The notes under the pieces were generated by a model. It worked only from the letters and a program-made list of their open reading frames with translations, searched no databases and had not been told where the DNA came from. 64,000 nt of DNA, taken from NCBI GenBank assembly GCA_902523065.1, contig CABYXZ010000001.1, positions 263,540-327,539 on the forward strand, read 5' to 3'. This stretch comes from an uncultured Marinoscillum sp. (GTDB lineage: Bacteria; Bacteroidota; Bacteroidia; Cytophagales; MED-G16). Positions 53,255 to 63,315 of the stretch are shown here, piece after piece. Made by a program: the position numbers and the translations under genes. Every line of letters begins with the position of its first letter. The first letter of the stretch is position 1.

Positions 53255-53629
53255 ATGAAAGTTACAATCATAAAATCTTTTTTAATAATAATATCATCTA
53301 TTTTCTATGTTATTGTCGGAATTAAACACTTTATTGAACCAGAATATTTTCTAAGTATTGTTCCTCCCTACTTACCTTATCACCTTGAACTTGTTTATAT
53401 AAGTGGTTTGTTTGAGATTTTATTTGGTCTACTTATTTTATTTCCAAAATACAGATATTATGGTGCAATTGGAGTCATATTATTACTTGTGGCAGTATTT
53501 CCAGCAAATATATATCTTGCCCAAAGTAAGGAAGCCCAAGAGGCTTTAGGTGCTACACAGGAAATCGCTACATGGAGACTGCCTATCCAGGGAGTTTTAA
53601 TATGGATAGCTTACTACATTAGGAGATAG
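53255..53629 (+). CDS. DoxX-like family membrane protein
   Basis: Four TM segments. 'GIKHFIEPEYFLSIVPPYLP...SGLFEILFGLLIL...VFPANIY' fits the pattern of the DoxX_3/COG4270 type. Confidence 0.5.
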   Translation: MKVTIIKSFLIIISSIFYVIVGIKHFIEPEYFLSIVPPYLPYHLELVYISGLFEILFGLLILFPKYRYYGAIGVILLLVAVFPANIYLAQSKEAQEALGATQEIATWRLPIQGVLIWIAYYIRR

Positions 53630-54454
53630 CTATTGCCTTACAATCTGAAAGCTTATTGTATCACTTGCAAATGCAGTGAAAATACCAAAAGCATTTACGA
53701 TGTTTGATGGTGGTTCATTTAGCTCCGTTCCATCTTGAACTTCACTTTCAAAGAGCCTCACGTAATCGTCATTAATTTTATAGAGTGTCACCAAATACTT
53801 TCCATAATTTTTAAGGCTCATACAGATCACATTATACATTTCATCTTGAGTTGGAGCTGATTGAATTGAGAAGTTAGAGAAAAACTCACCAACAACTCCT
53901 GGGATATCTTCTGAAAATATTGGATCAGCCTGATTACCAACATACTTTATAGTCAAATAGTGATGTTCATTTGCCAGGTTATCCCATTCAATATTTATCC
54001 TGGCGTTCTCAAAAAGATTGGCAAGAATATTAGGAAGAGCTGGGGACAATTTTAATGGTGGAACTACTATTTTATTATTTGAAAGTCTTAGACCAACAGG
54101 TTTTGTTGGAACTATTGTCTCTGCTGTTGCTACTCTATTATTAAAGTCAACTTTGATTCCATATGTATTACCAGAGATAATATCAATATCTTCCTCTGAC
54201 GCATATGACTGTTTAATATTATCAAATGACAAATCATAGTCATTTCCATTAGCATATAATTTTACATTAGCGTTATCAATAATAACATCAGTTGTATCAT
54301 CAGAATTCCACAATTTTGTTTCTTTTATTTTTATATCATCAACTTTTTCTCCTTGAAATAAAAAACCCTCAACAACAAAATTATCTTTTATGGGTGTCTC
54401 CTCATCACAAGAAAAAAATGATAAACTAACTATAAATAAAAAGATTCTTTTCAT
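53630..54454 (-). CDS. DUF4249-like lipoprotein (TonB-receptor partner)
   Basis: True start 'MKRIFLFIVSLSFFSCDEE' (lipobox) is 1 nt after the receptor stop. The position immediately downstream of a CarboxypepD_reg TonB receptor is typical for DUF4249. Confidence 0.6.
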   Translation of the reverse strand: MKRIFLFIVSLSFFSCDEETPIKDNFVVEGFLFQGEKVDDIKIKETKLWNSDDTTDVIIDNANVKLYANGNDYDLSFDNIKQSYASEEDIDIISGNTYGIKVDFNNRVATAETIVPTKPVGLRLSNNKIVVPPLKLSPALPNILANLFENARINIEWDNLANEHHYLTIKYVGNQADPIFSEDIPGVVGEFFSNFSIQSAPTQDEMYNVICMSLKNYGKYLVTLYKINDDYVRLFESEVQDGTELNEPPSNIVNAFGIFTAFASDTISFQIVRQ

Positions 54455-54455
54455 A

Positions 54456-56819
54456 TCAAAAAGTAAGTTTAAATGATACATTTGGTACAAGACCCAAATA
54501 TTTTTTTGTTTGTCTTGCGTATGGCCTCTGATCAAAATTGTACTCATAGTACCATGTATTAATCTTATTATATAAATTAAAAATTGATACCCCAATATCT
54601 CCTTTTGACTTTTGAATATTGAATATGTGGTGAACGGATAGATCAAGTCTGTGATAATCAGGAAGTAAGGAACCATTCTTTGGTCCAACTCCAATATAAT
54701 TTAACTCCGATTCATCTAGCAAGGTAATATTGTAATTATAGGACGGCTCAGTAAATGCTTTCCCTGATCCATAAATAAAGTTTAATGAAAAATTCCAACC
54801 ATTAATCTCATAATTATTAAAAATTTTAAACTCATTTTTTTGAGTATTAGGTGCTGGGAAGGGATCACCATAATTTAAAAGTGGAAAAATATTTTCTGCG
54901 TCTATATACGTATATGATATCCATCCAGTATACTTGTCAATTTTCTTTTGAACTAAAGTCTCAAAACCTTTCACCTCACCATCACCATTAAAAAATAAAG
55001 AATTCAAATTTGTATTTTGAAATCTAAGACTGAACTCAGTAATATTTTTAATATCCTTATAAAAAAGTTCAGTGTCAATTAGCCATGAACTGTTCTCATA
55101 AGATAATCCAGCTATGTAATGAGTCGACTCGCCAACGTTTATATCACTATCATCTGATAGTTGCCAGAAATCTCTTGAACGTGAGGTGACGTTTTCTCCA
55201 ATAATCTGTTTTACAAATTGGTTATGAACTCCGTAACCAAGTTTAATCTTCACATTCTTTATAAATTCATAGTCTAGCTGAAACCTCGGAGCCAGATAAT
55301 TTTCTTTTGTCAGCTCATACCGGCTAGCTCTAAGTCCAACTTTCAAATTAAGATTTTTAACTGATGTTAGGTTGTATGATATATAAGCAGAATAAAGGTC
55401 TGATAATTGCGAGTTATCAATTATAGACAATGTGTCATCTCTAACAAAAAGATAATCTATGTCAGACCTTGTAAACTCAAGACCAATCTCGAATTTATTA
55501 TTTTTCCCTGATAATAATTCTGCATCGTAGCGAGCAGTAAAGTCTTCCACTTTATTGTCTTGATCAAGAATAACACTAAGATCAAAGATTGTTGAATCTA
55601 AATCAGGAATAATTGCATTTACAAAGTAAGAATCATCTTGATAGTTATAATATTGTGAATAGGATACGTTAAAGGTGTTAAAAAATTTTGGATTCCATTG
55701 TCTGGACCACTTAAAGGAATACCCATTATTTCCCCATCTTGATATTCTGTCCAAATCGCCTCTTATCTCAATCTCGTCAATATCACCAAAGTTGGGATAC
55801 TGAAAACGTCTGGTATCACTTGTTTCTACTAAGTTATCTTCCCCACTGTAAAAACTGAAAGTTATCAAATCATCTCTTGTGGGTTTATAAGATAGTTTAG
55901 CATTCAAGTCAAAGAAATTAAAATTTGGGACCCAAGGGTCAAGGTTTTCAATGTCATCATCTGGATCAAACTGATCGTATATTTTTTCAAAAAAAGACGT
56001 TTGTAAAATGTCCGTGAATGATCTTCTCCCAGTTGCAAAAAAACTAAACTTATCTAAAAATGGGATCTCAATTGATCCAGATGCACTTAACAAATTAACG
56101 TTTAGTCCACCCTTGACCTCGTTAAAACTTCCAACCTTTCCTGTAAGGTCAATCACACTTGAGAGTCTGCCACCATACTTCGACGGAAATGCACCTTTGT
56201 ACAGGTCTACACTTTTAATGGCATTTGCATTAAATGCACTGAAAAATCCAAAAAAATGATCAACATTATATACCTTAATTCCATCAAGTAGTACAAGGTT
56301 TTCTTGAGGTTGTCCCCCCCTAACATATAAACCTGAACTATTTTCGTTTGTAGCACTTACACCTGGTAGCAGTTGCAAAGACCTAAAGATATCAACTTCT
56401 CCTATGGATGGCATAAGACTTATTTGTTGGACAGACATCCTGTGATTACTTATCTCTGCACTAGCTTGTAAGAATTTGCTAGACTCAGTTGAAACCACAA
56501 CCTCGTTTAAAGTTGACGTAAGAGCAGTTAAACTAACAACTAAGTTTCCATTTAACATATCATCTGTCAGGATAATATTTTGGGTTTTATAACCCACATA
56601 GCTTGCCCTAAGTGTCATCCCAGATTTTATTTCTCCAATCAGAGTATAGTAACCGTTCTCGTTAGCGCTCGAACCAATCTCAAGTTCACTTACATATACA
56701 TTAGAATATGGTAATCTCTCACCTGATCCCTCCTCCTCTATGTACCCCGTAAGAACAATCTGAGAATAGGAAGAATTGAATAGAAGTAAGAAAAAAAGTT
56801 GGAGTATATACTTAACCAT
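54456..56819 (-). CDS. TonB-dependent receptor with N-terminal carboxypeptidase-regulatory-like domain
   Basis: Signal peptide. 'LTGYIEEEGSGERLPYSNVYV...NGYYTL' (CarboxypepD_reg), plug region 'RGGQPQENLVLLDGIKVYN', long beta-barrel, C-terminal 'VSFKLTF'. Confidence 0.85.
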   Translation of the reverse strand: MVKYILQLFFLLLFNSSYSQIVLTGYIEEEGSGERLPYSNVYVSELEIGSSANENGYYTLIGEIKSGMTLRASYVGYKTQNIILTDDMLNGNLVVSLTALTSTLNEVVVSTESSKFLQASAEISNHRMSVQQISLMPSIGEVDIFRSLQLLPGVSATNENSSGLYVRGGQPQENLVLLDGIKVYNVDHFFGFFSAFNANAIKSVDLYKGAFPSKYGGRLSSVIDLTGKVGSFNEVKGGLNVNLLSASGSIEIPFLDKFSFFATGRRSFTDILQTSFFEKIYDQFDPDDDIENLDPWVPNFNFFDLNAKLSYKPTRDDLITFSFYSGEDNLVETSDTRRFQYPNFGDIDEIEIRGDLDRISRWGNNGYSFKWSRQWNPKFFNTFNVSYSQYYNYQDDSYFVNAIIPDLDSTIFDLSVILDQDNKVEDFTARYDAELLSGKNNKFEIGLEFTRSDIDYLFVRDDTLSIIDNSQLSDLYSAYISYNLTSVKNLNLKVGLRASRYELTKENYLAPRFQLDYEFIKNVKIKLGYGVHNQFVKQIIGENVTSRSRDFWQLSDDSDINVGESTHYIAGLSYENSSWLIDTELFYKDIKNITEFSLRFQNTNLNSLFFNGDGEVKGFETLVQKKIDKYTGWISYTYIDAENIFPLLNYGDPFPAPNTQKNEFKIFNNYEINGWNFSLNFIYGSGKAFTEPSYNYNITLLDESELNYIGVGPKNGSLLPDYHRLDLSVHHIFNIQKSKGDIGVSIFNLYNKINTWYYEYNFDQRPYARQTKKYLGLVPNVSFKLTF

Positions 56820-56859
56820 TTCAATTATTTCTCTAATTTAATTTGAATCAGAGCTTAAT

Positions 56860-59340
56860 TTAATCTTTCTTTCTAAAAGAATAAGATAAATTAAATATGA
56901 AATTTCTTCCCATTTCGTCTGCAAAATATCTCATGGAGTTAAGGTAATTTCTATATTTTTTATTGAGTACATTCGTAACCATTATTGAAGCAGAAAAATC
57001 TTTGATATCTATTTTCCACGAAAAATCAAGGAGAAAGTATCCATCCGGAGCATCTTTAAAATCAAAAATATTTGTGTCAGGAGAAATCTTATTTTCTCCA
57101 TTTATAAGACTCTCAGGAGAAATCGTCATTGGCGCCTGTGACTGCCTGAAAGTGTAGCTCGGAGACAAACTAACTTCTGAGTAATCAAACTTCCAAAATC
57201 TATTGGTCTCAAAAACAAGCTTTTTCTCAACTCTGACAGGAGGTTGATTAATTAGATTTCCATTATTATCTAAATTATTTGACCATAAATAATTTAAGGT
57301 TAGAGATGAATTGAAGTTTTCACTAATTTTTCTTTTAAGTGTAACATCTGAACCAACAAATAGTACGTCACTTTGATCAAAAATAAAGTAAGGCATAGGA
57401 CCTCTAATGGTTCCGTACAAACCTATTGGTCTCTCGAAAACATAATTCAATATATAATTAGAAAATAAGGTGATTTTGACATTATTCTTGTCGGAATCAT
57501 AATCGAATTCGTTAATGAATTTTAAAGATTTTTCTGAAGAAAGTAAACTCTCACTCATTAGAATAACTTTGTCTGTTCTAAGTTCCTGGTCTTCATTATA
57601 ATAGTATCTTAGCAACCCAAACGAGTTCTTAAACCCATGAGATCCAAAGCTGTATAATTCTGCCATATTAGGTGTCCTCCAGGCTGAACCTAAATTTGTT
57701 CTGAATGAAAAACTATCTGAGATCTTATTTTCATATCCAAAAGAAAATGTGACATTATTTAGGGAGTGTTCGTCCCTAAAAATATTCTGAGAAATATCTC
57801 TCCCTCTGACATTATAATCCTCATAATCAACTCTAGCACCAAACTCAAAAAGATTTTTTCTAAACTTCAGATTTTCAATAATAAAGAAGCTAAATCTATT
57901 GGTATTATAATTTGGTATGTATGGAGTTGTTTGAGTTCCAGGGTTGTTATCATTATCTTGATTGAAATAATGAAATCCAATCAGGCCATCGGACCTTTCT
58001 GAAAATGAATGATCCCACTCCAGCATTATATCTGTCGTTATGAGATCAAGATCAATAATTGGTCTTTCTGCATTTCTTCTTACATCAAATTCTTTTCTTT
58101 TGTTTAACTGCCGACCAAAGGTTAAAGAAACTTTTTCGTCTTTATCATACCACCAATTAATTGTTCCCTTCGTTAAATGATGCTTCACTAGTTGGTTAGG
58201 CTCATTGATATCGTATGAGAAAGGTCTTATAAACAAAGGTATCTCTGAACTTATAGCCCTAGATATTGCGTTTCCACTATGAAAAATTGATGAGCGAAGC
58301 AGAGCAAGATTTACGTCCACGTAACTGTAGTATAGTTTTATATCAAAATTATTTAAGTGATAATGCAATCCTGCATTTAACCCAATTTCTTCCTTACCAG
58401 AATTTGTAAGAGAATATGAAGGCGCGTGCCTATCTCCTAATTTCATGTGACTAAGGCCCACATTAAAAGCAAAATTATCAAATCCTTTTCCTGTCTTTAA
58501 ACTAAAATTTGAACCTTTTCCATTGGTCTGGTATCCAGAATTAATATTCAAATAATATGGTTTTCTTAAATCCATCGGATCCGGTTCGACTATTATTGCT
58601 CCACCTAATGCCTCGGGACCAAAACGAACTCCAGATGAACCCTTTAAAACTGAGATTCTCTCTACGGATGCAATATTAATTTCTGGAGCGTGATCATCTC
58701 CCCAATTCTGGAATCCATGCTTAATATAATTATTTAGAACTAATACTCGGTTACCATACAATCCATGGATAACTGGCCTCTCTACATTTGACCCAGTAGA
58801 GATAAAAGTAACACCATCAATTTCACTTGCTATACCTGCAAGAGATGATGTCCTGTCAACGACCCTATCATCTAAATTGATAGTCTGCCTAGAAAGTGTC
58901 TGTGTTCCTGAAATTTTTTCTCTTTCATCTGATATTAATACATTCTCTAACTCAAAAGATGTCTCAGTTAGTGATACTGTCCAAAAGTCTCCTTCTAATG
59001 AAATTAATGAGTCCTTATAACCAATTCTTGAAAATACCAGGCTGTCTTCTTCGAGGCATAAACCTTCTAATAAAAATTTACCATTTGTATCTGAAATGGA
59101 AAATTTATCTGAGTTTGCACTTCTTACTAGAACATCTGGTAAAGGATTATTGGTTTCATTGTCAAAAACTTTACCTGATATTATTTTATCACAAGGGTCT
59201 TGAGATTGAATATCTGGTGACAACAATAAAAGAAAATAAAGAATACAACAAGACTTTATAACAGTGTTGTATGAGTTTTGTTTATTACACATACATTTAC
59301 CGTCATTAGAAGGTCTTATTGTATTATTAATTGAACACAT
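56860..59340 (-). CDS. TonB-dependent receptor with N-terminal carboxypeptidase-regulatory-like domain
   Basis: 'ISGKVFDNETNNPLPDVLVR...TNGKFLLEGL', plug 'ERPVIHGLYGNRVLVLNN...WGDDHAPEI...VLKGSSGVRFGPEALGGAIIVE', barrel, C-terminal 'NLSYSF'. The start is uncertain (an alternative Met lies at 59292). Confidence 0.85.
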   Translation of the reverse strand: MCSINNTIRPSNDGKCMCNKQNSYNTVIKSCCILYFLLLLSPDIQSQDPCDKIISGKVFDNETNNPLPDVLVRSANSDKFSISDTNGKFLLEGLCLEEDSLVFSRIGYKDSLISLEGDFWTVSLTETSFELENVLISDEREKISGTQTLSRQTINLDDRVVDRTSSLAGIASEIDGVTFISTGSNVERPVIHGLYGNRVLVLNNYIKHGFQNWGDDHAPEINIASVERISVLKGSSGVRFGPEALGGAIIVEPDPMDLRKPYYLNINSGYQTNGKGSNFSLKTGKGFDNFAFNVGLSHMKLGDRHAPSYSLTNSGKEEIGLNAGLHYHLNNFDIKLYYSYVDVNLALLRSSIFHSGNAISRAISSEIPLFIRPFSYDINEPNQLVKHHLTKGTINWWYDKDEKVSLTFGRQLNKRKEFDVRRNAERPIIDLDLITTDIMLEWDHSFSERSDGLIGFHYFNQDNDNNPGTQTTPYIPNYNTNRFSFFIIENLKFRKNLFEFGARVDYEDYNVRGRDISQNIFRDEHSLNNVTFSFGYENKISDSFSFRTNLGSAWRTPNMAELYSFGSHGFKNSFGLLRYYYNEDQELRTDKVILMSESLLSSEKSLKFINEFDYDSDKNNVKITLFSNYILNYVFERPIGLYGTIRGPMPYFIFDQSDVLFVGSDVTLKRKISENFNSSLTLNYLWSNNLDNNGNLINQPPVRVEKKLVFETNRFWKFDYSEVSLSPSYTFRQSQAPMTISPESLINGENKISPDTNIFDFKDAPDGYFLLDFSWKIDIKDFSASIMVTNVLNKKYRNYLNSMRYFADEMGRNFIFNLSYSFRKKD

Positions 59341-59351
59341 AAAAAAGATTT

Positions 59352-59386
59352 AAAAAAAAAACACTCTCTAAAGTTTTAGAGAGTGT
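59352..59386 (-). terminator. strong rho-independent terminator between the lipoprotein gene and the TonB receptor
   Basis: On the minus strand: ACACTCTCTAA..TTAGAGAGTGT (10-11 bp stem) followed by about 10 T. Confidence 0.8.
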
Positions 59387-59414
59387 ATTAATTATTTAAT
59401 CTAAAAATTAATAT

Positions 59415-60017
59415 TTAGTTAATATTTAAATTAAATGTTAATGCCCAATCAGTATCCCCATCAGTTGATCCTGACGTTGCTGTCTTCACATCAGGCTGAT
59501 GCTGCAGCTGAACGGTAAATGTACCTGTGCTTGCAGAACCAGTAGTCCATGAAGTGTTTAGTCCAAGAGGATTACCATTACCATCAGAATCATTATAATT
59601 AATTGGATCTGACGCGCTATCGATATTTCCGTTTCCAGCTGGACTTGTGAAAGCATCATTAGTAAAAGCAAAGAAAAACTGATGCTCATCATCTTCCTCT
59701 TCTATCTCCTCATTCATTAACTCGCATGGAGACTCTAAGCAGTTCTCGATAACCATTGTAAGTGTATAGCTTGTATTTGCTGCAAGATTAATTGCACCTA
59801 ATACCTGAAGTTCCTGTACACCTGCACCGTCTGGATCTTGAGCCGCAGCCTCAACCGCAGCACCTCCACCTGCTGGTGTAAATACAAGTTTTACATCAGT
59901 GAAAACCTCCATCTCGTTCTCTTCTTCAGGTGCGGCTTCGTCTTCCTCACAAGCTGTGAAAATAAAAAGGGTGAGGACAGCATATAATAAATAATTGAGT
60001 CTAAATATATTTTTCAT
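59415..60017 (-). CDS. acidic Gly/Ala/Thr-rich lipoprotein, TonB-receptor associated
   Basis: Lipobox 'IFTACEEDE'. 'EEIEEEDDEHQFFFAF' acidic patch. Locally GC-rich codons. Confidence 0.6.
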   Translation of the reverse strand: MKNIFRLNYLLYAVLTLFIFTACEEDEAAPEEENEMEVFTDVKLVFTPAGGGAAVEAAAQDPDGAGVQELQVLGAINLAANTSYTLTMVIENCLESPCELMNEEIEEEDDEHQFFFAFTNDAFTSPAGNGNIDSASDPINYNDSDGNGNPLGLNTSWTTGSASTGTFTVQLQHQPDVKTATSGSTDGDTDWALTFNLNIN

Positions 60018-60104
60018 ATTTAAAAATTTTTAAATGTTAAATAAAGTTTAATAATAAGTGTGACCGAAAAATATTAAGGAATTATACTAAGGTCAGGAAT
60101 ATAA

Positions 60105-60410
60105 TTACGATAAGGTTAATGGCGGACCTCTAAGCGAAATGCTGTGATCATATGATCTATTGTAAAAAACTAAGTCATATTCTTTATTATAAATTTCATA
60201 ACATGTAAGATAGCTATGAGGATTAAACTTATAATTAGTAAATGAATTAGAATTTACATTGCTAAATAAACATAAATTACAATCTTGAAAATTTTCGTGA
60301 GCAATAATTCCCTTGTCTTCAATTTCGTGATGATGGTGATGAGATAATGTATCACCTACTAAAAATGTTAAGAAGACTAAAAGGAAAAAAATTGAGTAGT
60401 TTTTCTTCAT
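60105..60410 (-). CDS. small secreted His-run protein
   Basis: Signal-like N-terminus followed directly by 'SHHHHHEIEDKG', plus three Cys and four further His. 3 nt downstream of osmC. Confidence 0.45.
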   Translation of the reverse strand: MKKNYSIFFLLVFLTFLVGDTLSHHHHHEIEDKGIIAHENFQDCNLCLFSNVNSNSFTNYKFNPHSYLTCYEIYNKEYDLVFYNRSYDHSISLRGPPLTLS

Positions 60411-60413
60411 TTG

Positions 60414-60833
60414 TTATGTAAGCGTTGAAGATAAAGATATTTTACAATTTAACAAACCTGATATGGGACAATTTTCTTTCGCTTCCTCAGCACACTCATT
60501 AAATTTTTCATCTGAAATATCTGGGACTTTAGCAGATAAAGATAGTTCAATGGATTCCACAATACCATCAACAAAAGTGAGCACAGATTCTGTCTCGAGA
60601 GACTCAGGAGAAAAACCATTCTCATTAAGAACAAAACTCAACTTCATATTAAAACAACCTGCATGAGCAGCAGCAATTAATTCCTCGGGATTAGTTCCAA
60701 GTTTTCCGTCGTCATTTTTGAATCTCATCTTGAAATCGTAAGGTAACTTTTGTATTGCTCCGCTACCAGTTGTCAACTCCCCAGATCCATTCTCGCCATC
60801 TCCTCTCCATACAACATATGCTTTTCTTTTCAT
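60414..60833 (-). CDS. osmC: OsmC family peroxiredoxin
   Basis: 'NPEELIAAAHAGCF' and 'AKENCPISGLL' carry the two conserved OsmC cysteines in their usual contexts. Confidence 0.85.
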   Translation of the reverse strand: MKRKAYVVWRGDGENGSGELTTGSGAIQKLPYDFKMRFKNDDGKLGTNPEELIAAAHAGCFNMKLSFVLNENGFSPESLETESVLTFVDGIVESIELSLSAKVPDISDEKFNECAEEAKENCPISGLLNCKISLSSTLT

Positions 60834-60880
60834 ACTTAATAATTTTACGTAAATTAATTAAAAATGATTTTAAATTAAAA

Positions 60881-61879
60881 ATGAAAACCAGTTCCAGAAG
60901 AAAATTTTTATTTAACTCACTTGCCCTCACTTCATTTCCTTTTTTAAGTAGCGGAATACAAGGATGTACTTTTCAAAAAAACAAACTTGAACTAGCACTC
61001 CAGATTTATTCTTTTGCCCCTCTACTTTTCCAAAATAAACTTGATATTCTAATGTTTCCTCAAATGATAAAAGAGAATTATGGAATAAATGCCGCTGAGT
61101 ACTGGTCTATTGCCTTCATGGGGAAAGAAAAGGACAAAAGTTTCATCAAAGAATTACAAACAAGATCTAAAGAGTATGATATTGATAACTTAATTATACT
61201 AGTCGATAACATTGACCTAAAGACTATGGAAAACGGGCCTAGTCTTGCATCATCAGAAAAAGCTGAGAGAGATCAATCCTTAAGTTTTCATAAGTATTGG
61301 ATTGATACAGCCTCAGAGATAGGATGTCACTCCATAAGAGTTAACCTCAGGTCAGATGAGTCTGATGACAATAAAGTTTTAGATAATTCATCCGAAAGCA
61401 TTTCCAAACTTATAGAACATTCAAAAGGACAAGGAGTTAGCATAGTTGTTGAAAATCATGGAGGAATCACAGGTGATGCAGACTGGTTGGTGAGACTAAT
61501 GAAGAATATAAATAGTGATTTTGTCGGAACCCTACCAGACTTTGGATCATACAATTTTTGTGTGGAGAGAGGGGATCTTGACTTTGAGGGTCTTACCAGT
61601 AAATGTAAGAACCAGTATGACAAGTATATTGGAGTAAAAAAGTTGATGCCTTTTGCCAAAGGTGTAAGTGCTAAGTCACACCAATTTAACAAAAGTGGCG
61701 AAGAGACCTCCACTGATTTTTCAAAGATGATGGATATAATTTCAAGTTCATCTTACGAAGGATTCATAACCATTGAGTACGAAGGTGCCATGATGAAAAT
61801 GTTTGGTGGAAAAGGCGATTATCTCGAACCTCATGAGGGGGTAAAGGTCACAAAAAAATTGATAAATAAATATATCTAG
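60881..61879 (+). CDS. xylose-isomerase-like TIM-barrel protein with Tat-type signal
   Basis: True start 'MKTSSRRKFLFNSLALTS' at 60881; the track's upstream extension overlaps osmC. 'IRVNL', 'VVENHGG', 'ITIEYEG' are TIM-barrel motifs. Confidence 0.75.
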   Translation: MKTSSRRKFLFNSLALTSFPFLSSGIQGCTFQKNKLELALQIYSFAPLLFQNKLDILMFPQMIKENYGINAAEYWSIAFMGKEKDKSFIKELQTRSKEYDIDNLIILVDNIDLKTMENGPSLASSEKAERDQSLSFHKYWIDTASEIGCHSIRVNLRSDESDDNKVLDNSSESISKLIEHSKGQGVSIVVENHGGITGDADWLVRLMKNINSDFVGTLPDFGSYNFCVERGDLDFEGLTSKCKNQYDKYIGVKKLMPFAKGVSAKSHQFNKSGEETSTDFSKMMDIISSSSYEGFITIEYEGAMMKMFGGKGDYLEPHEGVKVTKKLINKYI

Positions 61880-61880
61880 G

Positions 61881-62333
61881 ATGGACTGGGTTGAATATTT
61901 TTATAATATAGCAGAGGAGGTTAAAAAAAAATCCAAAGATAAAAACACACAAATTGGAGCAGTCATTGTAGGTAAAGACAGGGAAATTGTATCTACAGGT
62001 TACAATTCTTTCCCTAGAGGAATAAATGACGAGGTAGTTGAAAGACAGGAAAAACCCGAAAAATATTTTTGGTTCGAGCACGCAGAAAGAAATGCAATTT
62101 ATAATGCAGCAAGGATAGGAGTTTCAACAAAGGGATGCACTATGTATTTGACATGTGACATGCCATGTGCTGACTGTGCGAGAGGAATAATAAATGCTGG
62201 AATTATAAAAGTTTATTTCATGAAAAAAGGTGGTGCTCACTCACAAAAATGGCAGGATTCAGGAGAAAGAAGCATGCAGATGTTCAAAGAAGCGGGAGTA
62301 GAAATTGAATCTTACAATTTCAATAAAAAATAA
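61881..62333 (+). CDS. comEB: deoxycytidylate (dCMP) deaminase, ComEB-type
   Basis: Zinc motifs 'HAERNAI' and 'MPCADCARGII'. Confidence 0.85.
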   Translation: MDWVEYFYNIAEEVKKKSKDKNTQIGAVIVGKDREIVSTGYNSFPRGINDEVVERQEKPEKYFWFEHAERNAIYNAARIGVSTKGCTMYLTCDMPCADCARGIINAGIIKVYFMKKGGAHSQKWQDSGERSMQMFKEAGVEIESYNFNKK

Positions 62334-62337
62334 AAAT

Positions 62338-63279
62338 CTATTTCCATTTAGTATTGAATGGTCCTAAAAACATAGGAACATTTTCTTGGTATTTTTTATA
62401 CTCTGGATATTTTCTTGAGCTAATTCCCTCACTAAATATGGCACTGTTAACAAAAAGAATTACAAGCAGAATACATCCAACAATTGACCAATTTAAATAT
62501 GTGCCGTTTGCTGAGGCGCTAAGAGAATAAAATGTAATCCATATCAGCTGCTCACATGTAAAATTTGGATGCCTAGAAAAAGACCATAAACCTGTCGTGA
62601 CAAATCCTCTTTTATAATCTCCATCTAATTTTTCATTATTTTCAATTCTTCGATATTTCTCAGTTTGAAAATCATACTGTTGTTGATCTGATATGTATTG
62701 AATTACAATTAACAAAAACATTATACCCCCTATGACATAATCCATTATTCCAAGTGGCTCAGAACCCTGCCAAGCTGCAAGGATTGGTAATGAAAAAAGA
62801 AATATCAATCCCATCTGGTAGAGACAGATAAAAAACAGGTTAAATAGTCCCCAAGTAAATCTTGAAGAGAGAAAAGGCATCGAAGCTTTCACTTCAACCC
62901 ATCTGTAGTCTTCCTCACCCTTCCAAAAGTAAATGCTGAAACCACCTCTTCTAGCAAAATTATACGTCAGTCTAGCTCCCCATAAAGTAACTAAAACTGC
63001 CATCATCATCATTCGATCATTGTAACCCGAGGCATAAGTAAAATACCACACGTAGGCAATTGGAATTAAGCTCCAAAACTTATCTACTTGACTATAATTT
63101 TTTGCAAGTTCGCTAACTACAAAACAATAAATTGCTGATCCCAAGTAAAGTTTAGTCATTGCAACTAATGCTGCATACTGCTCATCTGTAAAGGATGTAT
63201 CAAATACATCGGTTCCGAAAGTTATATATACTAGTGCACATAATGTGACAATAAGAAATATTGATTGTTTTGCTACCAT
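62338..63279 (-). CDS. DUF1295 / steroid-5-alpha-reductase-like membrane protein
   Basis: Polytopic membrane protein. 'GLWSFSRHPNF..EQLIW' matches the DUF1295 signature. Confidence 0.7.
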   Translation of the reverse strand: MVAKQSIFLIVTLCALVYITFGTDVFDTSFTDEQYAALVAMTKLYLGSAIYCFVVSELAKNYSQVDKFWSLIPIAYVWYFTYASGYNDRMMMMAVLVTLWGARLTYNFARRGGFSIYFWKGEEDYRWVEVKASMPFLSSRFTWGLFNLFFICLYQMGLIFLFSLPILAAWQGSEPLGIMDYVIGGIMFLLIVIQYISDQQQYDFQTEKYRRIENNEKLDGDYKRGFVTTGLWSFSRHPNFTCEQLIWITFYSLSASANGTYLNWSIVGCILLVILFVNSAIFSEGISSRKYPEYKKYQENVPMFLGPFNTKWK

Positions 63280-63315
63280 CTAACTATATTTTTTGTAATT
63301 CGTTCAATCTCAATA

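Noticed and set aside
54455-54694. N-terminal extensions of track ORFs: 53630..54694, 60755..60880 of 60755..61879, 14801..14878, 10940..10960, 46684..46704 and 45360..45377
   Set aside because: In each case an internal ATG is followed directly by a proper signal, lipobox or Tat leader. The extension would overlap a neighbouring gene or terminator, so the shorter models were adopted.
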